Shown: positions 1 through 10,775, counted from the first letter of the stretch. The stretch is DNA of 64,000 bases from Cenarchaeum sp. (GCA_963693095.2 OY843768.1:1376001-1440000); one strand, 5' to 3'. Notes: generated by a model from the sequence alone, not told the origin. Numbers and translations: made by a program.

Positions 1-65
1 AAAGGTTGTTTGCTCGCCTGCGGCCCATGGTTTAAATTGCAAGATCGCCTGCGCACGCATACGCA

Positions 66-1508
66 ATGTCGGCACTGGTGCCCAAGAAGGTCGGCGACCT
101 AGAACACGTCATAGAGCCCACTGCCGAGAACGGCATGAGGGTTCCCGTGCGCATACTTGCCGACGAGGAGCTCCTCGCAAAGATGAGGCGGGATCGCACG
201 ATACTGCAGGCTACTAATGTCGCCTCGATGCCCGGAATAGTCGGGAGCTGCGTCGTGCTCCCGGATGGCCACGAGGGCTATGGGTTTCCCGTCGGAGGAG
301 TTGCGGCCATGGACGCCGAGGAGGGCATGATAAGCCCCGGAGGCGTCGGCTATGACATCAACTGCGGCGTGAGGCTCCTGCGGACAGGACTAGGCGAGGC
401 TGCCGTCCGCTCAAGGCTAAAGGAGATCGTCCTGGACCTGTTCAACACGATACCCACCGGGGTGGGCTCCAAGGGAACCATGAGGCTTACCCGCGATGAG
501 CTCGACGAAGTCATGGTTCGCGGGGTGGAGTGGACCGTGGACGGCGGGCACGGGATCTCGGGGGATGCCGAGTCGTGCGAGGAGGGCGGCCAGATGGCCG
601 GTGCTGATCCCGCAAAGGTGTCAGACAGGGCGCGAAAGCGCGGCACGCCGCAGCTTGGAAGCCTCGGTTCTGGAAACCACTTTTTGGAGATACAGCGTGT
701 CGCCGAGATTCACGATGAGGAGGCCGCCAAGCGCATGGGCCTTGAGGTGGGCCAGGTGACCGTGCTCACGCACTGCGGCTCGCGCGGGTTTGGCCACCAG
801 GTCTGCAGCGACTACCTAAGGGTGTCCGAGACGGCACTCACAAAGTACGGCATATCGCTGCGTGATCGAGAGCTTGCGTGCGTGCCAAACGCGTCAGAGG
901 AGGGAGAGGCGTATCGTGGCGCAATGTGCGCTGCGCTCAACTTTGCGTGGAGCAACAGGCAGATGATCACCGACTGGACGCGCAAGTCGTTCTCGAGGAT
1001 CTTTGACGCCGGCGAGGACGAGCTCGAGCTCGTGTATGACGTGTCTCACAACATTGCAAAGGTCGAGGAGCACAAGGTCGACGGGCAGAGGCGCCGCGTC
1101 GTTGTGCACCGAAAGGGCGCAACGCGCGCGTTTCCGGCGGGGCTCGCCGAGGTTCCCGCAAGGTATCGTGACCTGGGCCAGCCCGTCCTGGTGCCCGGCT
1201 CGATGGGAACTGCGAGCTGGGTCCTTTTGGGCAAGCCCGGCGCAATGGAGTCGACGTTTGGATCCACTGCGCATGGGGCCGGACGGACAATGTCGCGCTC
1301 AAAGGCGAGGCGCGACTATACCGAGGAGCAGATAAGGGGCGAGCTCCGGAGCGCAGGCGTGTTTGTAAAGTCGATGACGCGCGAGGGCCTCGTCGAGGAG
1401 GCCCCGCAGGCCTACAAGGACGTTGATCGCGTCGTGTCCGTGTCACACGATCTCGGCATAGCCACAAAGGTCGCCAAGCTCGTCCCGATGGGGGTAATCA
1501 AGGGATGA
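66..1508 (+). CDS. rtcB: tRNA-splicing ligase RtcB
   Basis: Motifs PDGHEGYGFPVGG, DINCGVR, GSLGSGNHFLE, HRKGAT, STAHGAGR; C-terminal MGVIKG. Confidence 0.97.
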   Translation: MSALVPKKVGDLEHVIEPTAENGMRVPVRILADEELLAKMRRDRTILQATNVASMPGIVGSCVVLPDGHEGYGFPVGGVAAMDAEEGMISPGGVGYDINCGVRLLRTGLGEAAVRSRLKEIVLDLFNTIPTGVGSKGTMRLTRDELDEVMVRGVEWTVDGGHGISGDAESCEEGGQMAGADPAKVSDRARKRGTPQLGSLGSGNHFLEIQRVAEIHDEEAAKRMGLEVGQVTVLTHCGSRGFGHQVCSDYLRVSETALTKYGISLRDRELACVPNASEEGEAYRGAMCAALNFAWSNRQMITDWTRKSFSRIFDAGEDELELVYDVSHNIAKVEEHKVDGQRRRVVVHRKGATRAFPAGLAEVPARYRDLGQPVLVPGSMGTASWVLLGKPGAMESTFGSTAHGAGRTMSRSKARRDYTEEQIRGELRSAGVFVKSMTREGLVEEAPQAYKDVDRVVSVSHDLGIATKVAKLVPMGVIKG

Positions 1509-1933
1509 GCGGTCCGGACGCCGAGCTAGAGTCGCTCATGGCAAGGAGGATGGCCGAGATGCGCAAGAACGTCGCGCGCGAGGCCGCCGTCGAGGCAAAG
1601 CAGCCTGATGAGAGCGGCGATTCCCAAAAGCCCGCACGCAGCGCGCGCGACATTCTAGTCGCGCGTCTCGGGCACCGCGGACTAGAGGTCCTTCAGAACG
1701 CCGAGGCCCAGTGGCCGCGCGAGATGGCCATAGTAGTCTCAAAGCTCGGCGAGCTCGTCGAGTCCGGCGAGCTGCGCGAGACGATCAGCGGCGGTGATCT
1801 CATGGAGCTTCTCAGGGCAATCGGAATACACGTGAGGCTGCAGACGCGCATAAGCGTGGAGAGCGACGGCAAGCTCGTCTCGCTGTCTGACAAGCTTGGA
1901 GCCGCCAGGGCACGGCCTGATGACGTGGGTTAG
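1505..1933 (+). CDS. PDCD5/TFAR19-like dsDNA-binding protein
   Basis: N-terminal DAELESLMARRMAEM and helical body; ATGA overlap with rtcB. Confidence 0.65.
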   Translation: MSGPDAELESLMARRMAEMRKNVAREAAVEAKQPDESGDSQKPARSARDILVARLGHRGLEVLQNAEAQWPREMAIVVSKLGELVESGELRETISGGDLMELLRAIGIHVRLQTRISVESDGKLVSLSDKLGAARARPDDVG

Positions 1934-2245
1934 ATGGCACTAACATACGACATAAAGACGACAAGTGGGCCAGATGACCGGCTGTCGATCCGGCGCGCAA
2001 TGTCGCACATGCACACAGAGTGTGGATCGGCCGGCGCATACAATATTGGTCCCGAGTCGGCAAGCATGGGCTGGACGTTCTTTAGCCTGCACATTGATGA
2101 CACGCTTGCTGATGCGATCGAGGCAAAGTTTGCAGACATGATCCGGCGCTATCGCGGCAAGGACGCAGAAAAGCTTGACTCGTTCATGTCAGACTATTTT
2201 GAGTCGCGTGGGTGTACCGGCAGGATATCGCGGTCGTCAGACTAG
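1934..2245 (+). CDS. conserved hypothetical protein
   Basis: 103-aa ORF directly abutting previous stop; protein-like composition. Confidence 0.7.
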   Translation: MALTYDIKTTSGPDDRLSIRRAMSHMHTECGSAGAYNIGPESASMGWTFFSLHIDDTLADAIEAKFADMIRRYRGKDAEKLDSFMSDYFESRGCTGRISRSSD

Positions 2246-2859
2246 ACGCGCCGGCCGCGCTTGCCGCCCTTTTTGCGCGTCATGTCATGCGGTATTGGCG
2301 TGACGTCATCTATGCGTCCTATCTTGAAGCCGCCGCGCGCGAGTGCGCGGATCGCCGCCTGTGCGCCGGGGCCGGGCACGCGCGAGCCGACACCGCCGAC
2401 GGCGCGTATGCGTATGTGCAGCGCGGTGAACCCCTTGGAGCGAGCCGCCTCGACTACCGTGTTGGCAGCCTTCATTGCCGCAAACGGCGAGGACTCGTAC
2501 CTGTCGGCATTCACGTGGTTGCCACCAGAGCTTATCGAGACGGTCTCGGCGCCCGTGAGGTCAGTCATGTGGATTATCGTGTTGTTATAGCTGCTAAAGA
2601 TGTGCGCGATCGCCCACTTTTCACGGTCTGTCTTTGGTGTCGCAGCCGGAGTCGCCTCGGCGCCCTCGGCGGCCGACGCTGCATCCTGCTCTCCGCCCTC
2701 GGCGGCATCCACGGCAGTGGCCTCCTGCTCTCCGCCCTCGGCGGCATCCACGGCAGTGGCCTCCTGCCCCGCTGCTGCGGCGGGATCCTCAACTGGCGTG
2801 GGCTCCTCTAGGGACTGCGCCGTCTCAGTCGTGCCTGCCTGCGCTTCTGCCTCTGACAA
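2242..2859 (-). CDS. rps11: 30S ribosomal protein uS11 with acidic Ala/Glu N-terminal extension
   Basis: [47 protein letters not shown]; start reassigned to TTG at 2859 (inferred). Confidence 0.96.
   Translation of the reverse strand: MSEAEAQAGTTETAQSLEEPTPVEDPAAAAGQEATAVDAAEGGEQEATAVDAAEGGEQDAASAAEGAEATPAATPKTDREKWAIAHIFSSYNNTIIHMTDLTGAETVSISSGGNHVNADRYESSPFAAMKAANTVVEAARSKGFTALHIRIRAVGGVGSRVPGPGAQAAIRALARGGFKIGRIDDVTPIPHDMTRKKGGKRGRRV
2684..2767. repeat. perfect 39-bp tandem duplication in uS11 N-terminal tail
   Basis: tcctgctctccgccctcggcggcatccacggcagtggcc x2 ([13 protein letters not shown] x2). Confidence 0.95.
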
Positions 2860-2963
2860 TGCCACATTGGCCCCATTTGGGCCTAAAAAACATACCACAC
2901 GCGCACGCCTAGGGCAGGCCGGGGGCAATCCAAAAATCCGGGCTCGGCTGTGAGCCCGCGGAG

Positions 2964-4271
2964 ATGGCAAGAACCGTCCTCAGGGTGGGCATCGATGACA
3001 CGGACTCTAGGCTAGGAATGTGCACCACATACCTGGCATATCGCATTGCCGGGGAGCTCAGGGCGCGCGGTGACGAGATTGCCCAATATCCGCGCCTCAT
3101 CAGGCTAAACCCAAACGTGCCGTGGAGGACGCGCGGGAACGGCGCAGTGGGCCTGAGCGTGCTCACGCATGACGCGCAGGGCGCAAGGCGCAAGATCGTG
3201 GAGATGGTCCGAGACGGCTCCGAGACGGCCAGCGGGGCAAACCCTGGGCTTGCCTTCCTCGAGTCCGAGGCCGTGCCTGCGGCCCTCTCCGAGTTTGCGC
3301 ACGAGGCGCTCTGGCGCGTCATCCCGCGCGAGCGCGCAAGGCGCATGGCATCACGCTGGGGCCTAGAGTGCCACTCGCTTGGAAACGGTCAGGGTCTTGT
3401 CGGCGCGATAAGCGCAATAGGGTACAGGCTAGGCGACTATACAATGGAGCTCCTCGCATACAGGAGACCGGACAGGGTCGGCACGGAGCGCGCAATAGAG
3501 GGGCAGAGCGTGCGCGAGATGCACGAGCGGACGTTTCCCTCCACGTTTAACAGCTATGACGCCGCGCGCGATCGCGTCCTAGTCGCCCCGCATGGCCCTG
3601 ATCCCGTGCTATACGGAATCCGCGGCGAGGATGCCCGCTCGATCATTGCTGCAAGTGGCCACATACGCGGCGAGAGCCCGCTTGGCCACATGGTCTTTGC
3701 ATCAAACCAGGGAACCGGCGACCACCTGGCCCACGCGCTAGATGCGCGCGCACTGCGCGCACACGAGTCAGGAACCATAGAGGGCACGCTCGCAAGCGAA
3801 CCAGAGAACATCGGCGGCGGCCATGTGCGCCTCGAGGTGTCATGCGGCGGCCCGCGGATCACATGCATGGTGTATCACCCCACCGGCCTGGGCAGTGTTG
3901 CGCGCGCGCTGGCGCGCGGTGACCATGTCCGCCTCGGCGGCGGCGTGCGGCGCGCGACACAGTCAAGGGGACGCACACTCAATGTCGAGACGATCGAGGT
4001 CTTGCGGCTGGTGCGGCTGGTGCGCGAGGCCAACAAGATGTGCGTCGCGTGCGGCAAGCGAATGAAGTCCGCCGGAGTTGGCCAGGGGTATAGGTGCGTG
4101 CGCTGCGGGGGAACGTCGGGCAAAAAGGAGGCAGTCGAGATTCGTCGCACCGTGCGCACCGGAGCCCACGTCGCGCTGCCCTCGGCCCAGAGGCACCTCT
4201 CGAGGCCGGCCCACCGCGCGGCCGGCGCACGTGCGCAGCCGCGCACACTGGCAAGTGGATGGATTTTATAG
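2964..4271 (+). CDS. tiaS: tRNA(Ile2) agmatinylcytidine synthetase TiaS
   Basis: [47 protein letters not shown] fold, C-terminal CxxC...CxxC ribbon. Confidence 0.95.
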   Translation: MARTVLRVGIDDTDSRLGMCTTYLAYRIAGELRARGDEIAQYPRLIRLNPNVPWRTRGNGAVGLSVLTHDAQGARRKIVEMVRDGSETASGANPGLAFLESEAVPAALSEFAHEALWRVIPRERARRMASRWGLECHSLGNGQGLVGAISAIGYRLGDYTMELLAYRRPDRVGTERAIEGQSVREMHERTFPSTFNSYDAARDRVLVAPHGPDPVLYGIRGEDARSIIAASGHIRGESPLGHMVFASNQGTGDHLAHALDARALRAHESGTIEGTLASEPENIGGGHVRLEVSCGGPRITCMVYHPTGLGSVARALARGDHVRLGGGVRRATQSRGRTLNVETIEVLRLVRLVREANKMCVACGKRMKSAGVGQGYRCVRCGGTSGKKEAVEIRRTVRTGAHVALPSAQRHLSRPAHRAAGARAQPRTLASGWIL

Positions 4272-4360
4272 CGGGGAGTAGATTTGAACTACTGATTTGC
4301 GGGTTATGAGCCCGCCGGGATGACCTTGTCCCTGTTGTGGTCTGACTTCCCCACCCCGCT
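4269..4360 (-). tRNA. initiator tRNA-Met(CAT) with 17-nt D-loop intron (4325-4341)
   Basis: Acceptor AGCGGGG/CCCCGCT (A1-U72), anticodon arm GCGGG-CTCATAA-CCCGC, T arm AGTAG-TTCAAAT-CTACT. Confidence 0.93.
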
Positions 4361-4413
4361 GCGCGAGCGCCGGCGCGTTGCCGTATATACGCTTTTGTTG
4401 GAGGCGCGCGCGC

Positions 4414-6348
4414 CTACTTTGGGTCAGAGCCGTCGGCCGGACGCGAAGTCTCGGCGTCATCTGCATTGGCGTCATCTGCATTGGAGTCACCTGCAGTGCC
4501 GGCATCGGCGGCATTGCCGTCGTCAGCTGCAGCCGCGCCGTCGCCGGGCCCTGCTCCAGACTGCTCCCCTCCGGCACCCGCACCGCCCTGCGGTGGGGCT
4601 GCATTCTTGTATATCTCTGTGGTCACCTCGTTGACTATGGTCCGCAGCGCGTCTAGGCGCGCCTGCACGTCCTCAGAGTCGCGCTCGAGTGACTCGCGCA
4701 GCTCGCGGATCGACTCGGATATCTTGGCGCCCTTTTCCTGCGGAACCTTGTCCTTGAGATCATGGTTGATCATCTTTTCAACCGTATAGATGAACGACTC
4801 TGCCTCGTTCTTTAGGTCCACGCGCGCCTTCTTTTTCCTGTCCTCCTCGGAGTGCTTGTCCGCATCCTCGCGCAGCCTTGTTATCTCGTCATCAGAGAGT
4901 TTTGTGCTCGACTCGATCGTTATAGTCGCCTCCTTTTGTGTGCCGAGGTCCTTTGCCGTCACGTTGATGATCCCGTTTGCGTCAATGTCAAACTTTACCT
5001 CGACTTGCGGCACGCCGCGCGGCGCGGGAGGCATGTCCATGAGGTTAAAGCTTCCGAGTGAGACGTTGTCTGCGACCATTGGCCTCTCGCCCTGGACCAC
5101 ATGGATCGTCACGGCAGTCTGGTTGTCCGCTGCAGTCGTGAACACCTTGCTCTTTGACGTGGGGATTGTCGTGTTGCGCTCTATTAGCGGCTCGCGCACG
5201 CCGCCGACTGTCTCTATCCCAAGTGTCAGCGGGGTGACGTCTAGGAGAACGATGTCACTTGTCACGTCACCGGCAATGACGCCGGCCTGCACGGCTGCCC
5301 CCATCGCGACGGCCTCCATTGGGTCAACGCCGGACTCGGGCTCGTGTCCCATGACCTCGCCGACAAACTTGCGCACTAGCGGGATCCTCGTCGGGCCGCC
5401 GACCATGATCACCTTGTTGATGCCTGAGGCCTGGAGCTTGGAGTCGGCGAGTGCCTTTTCTATGGACGCGCGCGTCGACTCGACTATGGGGCGTATGAGC
5501 TCCTCGAGCTTTGCGCGCGTGAGGCGAACCTCGAGGTTCTTGGGGCCGGACGGGTCCTGCGCGATGAACGGGAGGTTGATCTCTGTCTCCATGACGCTTG
5601 AGAGCTCGATCTTTGCCTTCTCGGAGGCCTCACGCACGCGCGTCGAGGCAGTCGTGTCAGTCGAGAGGTCTATTCCCTCCTTTTTGCGGAACTCGTCAAT
5701 GACATACGTGATGATCGCCTTGTCCATGTCAGTGCCCCCAATCTTTGTGTCACCAGACGTGCTCATGACCTCAAACACGCCGCCGCCCATCTCCATTATC
5801 GTGACGTCAAGCGTGCCGCCGCCAAAGTCAAAGACCATGATCTTGAGATCGTGCTTTTCCTTGTCAAGTCCATACGTCAGGGCAGCGGCCGTGGGCTCGT
5901 TGATTATTCGCACGACATCAAGGCCCGCTATCGTGCCGGCGTCCTTGGTCGCCTGGCGCTGGTTGTCATCAAAGTATGCCGGAACGGTGATGACGGCCTT
6001 TTCGACCTTGTCTCCGGTGAACGCCTCGGTGTCCTTTTTGATCTTTTGGAGGATAAATGCGGATATCTGCTGTGGTTTGTACTCTTTGCCGTGAATCGCT
6101 ATTGTGTCATCGGTGCCCATCTTTCTCTTGACGGCCACGATGGTTCCGTCAGCGTTGCTGACGGCCTGGCGCCGTGCCGGCTCTCCGACTAGGAGATCCC
6201 CCTCCTTCGTGAACGCGACGACAGACGGGAAGGCCTTGCCGTAGGCAGTTGTCCCCTCGGCGGCCGGCACAATAGTGGGCTTGCCGCCCATCATCACGGC
6301 GGCCGCAGAGTTGCTCGTTCCAAGGTCAATTCCCACAATCTTAGCCAT
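4414..6348 (-). CDS. dnaK: chaperone DnaK (Hsp70)
   Basis: [43 protein letters not shown]. Confidence 0.99.
   Translation of the reverse strand: MAKIVGIDLGTSNSAAAVMMGGKPTIVPAAEGTTAYGKAFPSVVAFTKEGDLLVGEPARRQAVSNADGTIVAVKRKMGTDDTIAIHGKEYKPQQISAFILQKIKKDTEAFTGDKVEKAVITVPAYFDDNQRQATKDAGTIAGLDVVRIINEPTAAALTYGLDKEKHDLKIMVFDFGGGTLDVTIMEMGGGVFEVMSTSGDTKIGGTDMDKAIITYVIDEFRKKEGIDLSTDTTASTRVREASEKAKIELSSVMETEINLPFIAQDPSGPKNLEVRLTRAKLEELIRPIVESTRASIEKALADSKLQASGINKVIMVGGPTRIPLVRKFVGEVMGHEPESGVDPMEAVAMGAAVQAGVIAGDVTSDIVLLDVTPLTLGIETVGGVREPLIERNTTIPTSKSKVFTTAADNQTAVTIHVVQGERPMVADNVSLGSFNLMDMPPAPRGVPQVEVKFDIDANGIINVTAKDLGTQKEATITIESSTKLSDDEITRLREDADKHSEEDRKKKARVDLKNEAESFIYTVEKMINHDLKDKVPQEKGAKISESIRELRESLERDSEDVQARLDALRTIVNEVTTEIYKNAAPPQGGAGAGGEQSGAGPGDGAAAADDGNAADAGTAGDSNADDANADDAETSRPADGSDPK
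4453..4497. repeat. 15-bp tandem repeat in DnaK acidic tail
   Basis: ggcgtcatctgcatt x2 plus a degenerate third copy (NADDA repeats). Confidence 0.85.
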
Positions 6349-6943
6349 CTTGCTCTCCCACTCTCCTCGATACTGCCACTAGTGACGGTCGCAAGACGCG
6401 GCCATGGCAAATATATCCCTTGCGAGCCACGCTCGTCACCGTCCCGTCATCTAGCGCCGGATCAACGACTACGCGCACGGACTCGTGCTTTAGCGGGTCA
6501 AATGGCTCGCCTATCGCCTCGATCTCTGTCACGCCGTTTCGGGCCAAGAGCGCATCAGTGTTCTTTAGTATCCCCTCAAGGCCAGAGGCGTCTGCGCCTG
6601 ATGACGCGTCGCGCGCACGCGCAAGGTCGTCGCGTATGTTGACGAGCTCGGCCATAATCGGCTCCACTGCAGAGGCCACGCGCATCGAGACGTCGTGCTC
6701 TGCCCTGCGTCGCATGTTCTCGAGGTCCGCCATTGCCCTCTGCAGGCGATCCTCGCACTCGCCCAGCGGAGCCGCGGCAGGCTCGGCGGGTTCCCCTGCC
6801 GCACCTTCCACGGTCTCGCCGCCCTCATCGGGCTCCATGACACGAACACGCACAGGTTCCTCATGCGTGCCCCCGTCGCCACAGGCGCAATCCCCATGCT
6901 CGGCATCGTCTCGGGCAGGCTCTCCTTGCACGACATTGGGCAC
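6341..6943 (-). CDS. grpE: nucleotide exchange factor GrpE
   Basis: [26 protein letters not shown]...RVLRPSLV; overlaps dnaK start. Confidence 0.96.
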   Translation of the reverse strand: MPNVVQGEPARDDAEHGDCACGDGGTHEEPVRVRVMEPDEGGETVEGAAGEPAEPAAAPLGECEDRLQRAMADLENMRRRAEHDVSMRVASAVEPIMAELVNIRDDLARARDASSGADASGLEGILKNTDALLARNGVTEIEAIGEPFDPLKHESVRVVVDPALDDGTVTSVARKGYICHGRVLRPSLVAVSRRVGEQDG

Positions 6944-7128
6944 AAGTTGCGCATAATTATAGCTTGTGGCGTGCGTCCGGCCAGGCTTGCAGCAGGACGG
7001 GGGCCATCAGACATGGCCATAACCCGTATGCTCTGATTGGCGCACCATGCCAGATGGCATCCGCACGACATCTCACAAGAGGCCGGTTCCCTTTGTGGCC
7101 ATGGAGATCCTAAATCCGCCACATGCCG

Positions 7129-7746
7129 CTACTCGGGCATGTGACTGCCGGCATCAGCCTCGCGTCTCCTGAGCCCCACCAACTGCGGATCATCCAGGCG
7201 CAGCATCGCATCCTCAAGCTGGACAAGACTGCGATCCATGTAAAGGAGTGTGGCTTTTGTGCAGGAATTTCCGGCGATGATTGCGGCGAGTGCCGTATCC
7301 CTGATCCTTTCTGCAACAAATGAACCGTCATGGCTCAACAGATTGCCGTGCTGTGCTCGAACAATTCCAATGTTTTCGGTTATATGACGCATTGTGGTCA
7401 TACTGTCAGGGGCGGATGATTGCGTTCCAGACCTCATTGTGCCCTGCACAAGCGTACGGCACAGATCAATTGTGGCAAACAACTGATCCATGTTTCTGGC
7501 GTCCCTGTCTCGCAACACGGCCTCTCGAGATCGCCGTGCCCTCAAGTGAAGTTTTTGGGCGATATAAAAGATGGCCAGCGCGATCGGCAATGCAAGTATA
7601 GAAAAGAGCGAGCCCAGGGTTCCCATGTCATGCACTATTCCTGCCGTGACCGCAACTATAAGCACCGCAGTAATTGCCGCAATAATAACAGAAGTTGTGC
7701 CTAACGTGCCCTCTCGTGGCTCACGTGAACCGCACGCCATTCGCAT
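7129..7746 (-). CDS. orphan membrane protein (two N-terminal TM helices plus helical domain)
   Basis: Hydrophobic VIIAAITAVLIVAVTAGIV and LFSILALPIALAIFYIA; lower GC than flanks; start uncertain. Confidence 0.65.
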   Translation of the reverse strand: MRMACGSREPREGTLGTTSVIIAAITAVLIVAVTAGIVHDMGTLGSLFSILALPIALAIFYIAQKLHLRARRSREAVLRDRDARNMDQLFATIDLCRTLVQGTMRSGTQSSAPDSMTTMRHITENIGIVRAQHGNLLSHDGSFVAERIRDTALAAIIAGNSCTKATLLYMDRSLVQLEDAMLRLDDPQLVGLRRREADAGSHMPE

Positions 7747-7821
7747 GGCACGATCATCTCACACTAGCTGGGGTTGTGCGCATGCACAACATGGCGACAG
7801 TGTATGACTCGGGACATCTTG

Positions 7822-8328
7822 TCATCTGCGAACCCTTCTCGGCCTGTCATAGATACGATATCTTTCTTCGATCACAAGTGTTCTGGCCAGTCGGCCAAGC
7901 TCATAGACATCCTTGCCGGCAATGTCCTGCAGGAACTTTTCCTCATTCTCTGGACTGGCAAACAGGCCAGTGGGAGACTCGACGCGCGTGGGGTTTACGG
8001 CCTGGAGGTCAAGGTACAGATTGGCCGAGATTGGGCCGGACTCGCTGTCATTAAACGTGTATCCCATGTCATCAAGGCCGTGCTTGGTCGCTATGGCAAA
8101 ACACACGTTGGTGGCAAATTCCATGGTGATCCTGCTCATTCGTCCACCGGGCTGTTCATACACGCCATTACTCTCGAGTAGCCCGGTGAAGCGGTTCAGT
8201 GCGTCGACTCGCCTCTGGCGTGCCTCGCCCCATGCCTCAATATCGGCGATCTTTTTTGCGTTCCCCCCTGCGCGCTCCTTGAGAAACGCTACGGTCATTT
8301 GGTTATCGGCGAGCAGTGGATCAGGCAT
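7822..8328 (-). CDS. hypothetical protein, possible Panacea/DUF4065 (YwgA/SocA-like) domain
   Basis: Motif GYTFNDSESGPISANLYLDL resembles Y.F....GP.S..L..DL; start placed at MPDPLL. Confidence 0.55.
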   Translation of the reverse strand: MPDPLLADNQMTVAFLKERAGGNAKKIADIEAWGEARQRRVDALNRFTGLLESNGVYEQPGGRMSRITMEFATNVCFAIATKHGLDDMGYTFNDSESGPISANLYLDLQAVNPTRVESPTGLFASPENEEKFLQDIAGKDVYELGRLARTLVIEERYRIYDRPRRVRR

Positions 8329-8549
8329 CGCAGTCCGGCTTTTCAACAGACAGACATGCGCTATGGAGTACTTGAATGTTACACACAAGGAGGGGAGGGT
8401 TTGCGCGTGTATGCCACAGACACGTGCCAAAGGGTGAGACGCCTCTGATGTTCCAGGGCATGGCACGTGGGCGTCCCTCGTTTGGGCATTGTGTGGATCG
8501 ACACGGCGTGGTTTGGACGAACGGCGCGGCGCGATTGCCGCATGTGCCA

Positions 8550-9680
8550 TCAGCTGGACTCGAATAGCGGGTTTGCCCTTATCACTATGGTCTCGCCGTC
8601 ATTTTTGGGAATGTCCCTTGTGTCGCGCTCCGAGCACGCAATGACGATGAGCGTCTTGTCGCTGTCAAACACGTCAGGTGTAGAGTCGCCGAGCAGTCCG
8701 ACATCCCCGATATAGTCACGCAGGCGCGACACTAGGTGCAGGCGCGTGTCCATGCGCTCGCCGCGCATCTCGTACTTGTCAAGCGTCCACGATATTGCGA
8801 CCCTTGTGCGCGCCGCCTTTAGCTCCCGCCTCTTTAGCGTCGCGCGAACCTCTCCGGTCAGGCGCTTGATGTATCCCTCGATTCCCTTTATGCCGCCGTT
8901 GACAAGGTACGCAAGCGTGCCGGCTCCCTCAAAGGAGGACGAGAGTGACCGGAGGTCGTACATGTCCCTCATCATGTCATGGAGATATAGCGAGCTCACC
9001 TCGTCAGTTGCCAGTGCGCTGCGCGTCTCGTCGTCTTGCACGTTGCGGCACACCTCTATCACGCTGCACATTCGCGCAAACCGCGACAGGACACTGACTG
9101 CGTAAAACCGCTCGGCTGCCCCAAGCGCAATCTGCCGTGGCGCGCCCTTTTTGGTCGACAGGAGCGCATCGAGTCGCTCATCGACCTTTGCGGTGTACGA
9201 GCCAATCTCCCCGGGCACGCTGCCGGCCTCCCCGAGCGGGCAGTAAAAGTACGACATTGAGTGGCCCGCCTCGTGGCCCGTCATGTGCTCGAGGAGCGAT
9301 ATGTTCTCGTTGTTGCCGCCAATGCCCGTTGGGGCGCAATAGACAAACGACGTTCCCTTGCCCATCGCCGAGGCCGCGTCCTTGAACTTTGAGCTCAGCT
9401 CGGTCCTCGTGTCCTGGCCAGACTTGCGCATCTGCGGCCCAAAAAAGAGATAGTCCGCATCTGCTATCGTCTCGTTGACTGGCGCCGTCGGGAGTATGGG
9501 CTCATCCTCGGTTATCGCCGCCACCGTGGGGTACGTCTTGGCGATCTCTGGCGTGAGCGGTATCGCCGAGGGCGTCGCCTCGTCTATTATGCTGACAGCA
9601 CCGCCGGCGAGGGCCATGCGGCACGCGACCGAGTAGCCCTCTGTGCTCAGCCCATACACAACAACCTTCGTCTTTGCCAA
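8550..9680 (-). CDS. divergent nucleotide-sugar dehydrogenase-like protein
   Basis: N-terminal Rossmann-like KVVVYGLSTEG; overall layout of UDP-sugar dehydrogenases; TTG start inferred. Confidence 0.6.
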   Translation of the reverse strand: MAKTKVVVYGLSTEGYSVACRMALAGGAVSIIDEATPSAIPLTPEIAKTYPTVAAITEDEPILPTAPVNETIADADYLFFGPQMRKSGQDTRTELSSKFKDAASAMGKGTSFVYCAPTGIGGNNENISLLEHMTGHEAGHSMSYFYCPLGEAGSVPGEIGSYTAKVDERLDALLSTKKGAPRQIALGAAERFYAVSVLSRFARMCSVIEVCRNVQDDETRSALATDEVSSLYLHDMMRDMYDLRSLSSSFEGAGTLAYLVNGGIKGIEGYIKRLTGEVRATLKRRELKAARTRVAISWTLDKYEMRGERMDTRLHLVSRLRDYIGDVGLLGDSTPDVFDSDKTLIVIACSERDTRDIPKNDGETIVIRANPLFESS

Positions 9681-9746
9681 TCGCGCACCCCCTCGGCGCG
9701 CCGCCCAAAAAAACTTATTTAAATGCGGTGATATGTCCGCCGCACA

Positions 9747-10775
9747 TTGAGGATCTGGTTTGACGTGCTCACGCCAAAGCAGGTGGTGTTCTTTGAGCCC
9801 ATGATCAAGAGGCTGAGACGCCGCCACAGGGTTCTCTGCACGTCAAGGCGCTATGACCAGGCCACGAGCCTGGCCAGGATTCGCGGGTTTGACATGCGCA
9901 TAGTCGGCAGGCACGGGGGAGCCGACAGGGCGCAAAAGCTTCTCGCGAGCACCGAGAGGATGCGCCTCCTCTTTGATCCCGTCAGCAAGTTTGCCCCAGA
10001 GGCGACTGTCAGCTGCTGCTCGCCAGAGGCCGCACGCGTCTCCTTTGGGCTCGGCGTAAGGCACTATGCGTTCACTGACGCGCCGCATGCCACGGCTGCG
10101 ATGCGCCTGACCGTGCCGCTGTTGCACAAGGTCATGGTTCCGTGGGTCATACCGAGGCGCGAGCTGGTGCGCTTTGGAATAGCGCCGCGCGATGTCATAC
10201 AGTACAGGGCAATAGACGGGGCACAGACGGTCATGCGACGCGCGGCGCGATCCGGAAAGCTCCCGCCCACAAACGGCGGACAGATGATACTCGTGAGGCC
10301 CGTTGAGGAGGAGGCCGCATACGTCTCGGGCGCTCCGTCGATCCTGCCGACGATCCGCGAGCTGCGCCGCATAGATGGCGCGCGCGTCGTGGTCCTTGCG
10401 AGGTACAGGCCACAGCTCGAGCGCCTTCGCGCAAGCGTGCCAGGGGGCGTGCGCGTCATGGCGATGCGCTTTGATGGCAAGTACCTCCTCGAGAATGCCG
10501 ACCTGTTCGTCGGCTCGGGCGGCACGATGACATCAGAGGCGGCCCTCCTCGGCGTGCCGACCATCTCCTTTGATGCCGTCCCAAACCACTATGAGAGGTA
10601 CATTGTGCGCACGCGCCTGGCCGTGCGCGCACGCGGCGCGCGCGCCATAGGGGCCGCGGCAAGGAGGCTCCTGGCCTCGCCGCGCTCCGCCCATGAGGCC
10701 CGCGCGGCGAGGGCACGCTCGTCGATGGTCGACCCATATGACGTCCTGGCCACTGCCATGGGCATATCGCGCTGA
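9747..10775 (+). CDS. DUF354 family glycosyltransferase-like protein
   Basis: RIWFDVLTPKQV, GRHGG, SPEAARVSFGLG, ADLFVGSGGTMTSEAALLGVPTIS. Confidence 0.88.
   Translation: MRIWFDVLTPKQVVFFEPMIKRLRRRHRVLCTSRRYDQATSLARIRGFDMRIVGRHGGADRAQKLLASTERMRLLFDPVSKFAPEATVSCCSPEAARVSFGLGVRHYAFTDAPHATAAMRLTVPLLHKVMVPWVIPRRELVRFGIAPRDVIQYRAIDGAQTVMRRAARSGKLPPTNGGQMILVRPVEEEAAYVSGAPSILPTIRELRRIDGARVVVLARYRPQLERLRASVPGGVRVMAMRFDGKYLLENADLFVGSGGTMTSEAALLGVPTISFDAVPNHYERYIVRTRLAVRARGARAIGAAARRLLASPRSAHEARAARARSSMVDPYDVLATAMGISR

Noticed and set aside
4269-4360. CAT-anticodon tRNA next to tiaS as its substrate tRNA-Ile2
   Set aside because: A1-U72 and three consecutive G-C pairs in the anticodon stem mark initiator tRNA-Met
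4790-6094. Long antisense ORFs (434 aa here; also 37211-38275, 50124-51161, 53232-54236, 61393-62277)
   Set aside because: Shadows of well-supported genes in high-GC DNA; no motifs
8413-8429. gccacagaca(t)cgtgcca shared with 34590-34607 as a possible islet end motif
   Set aside because: Short, gapped, only two copies and not at equivalent boundaries
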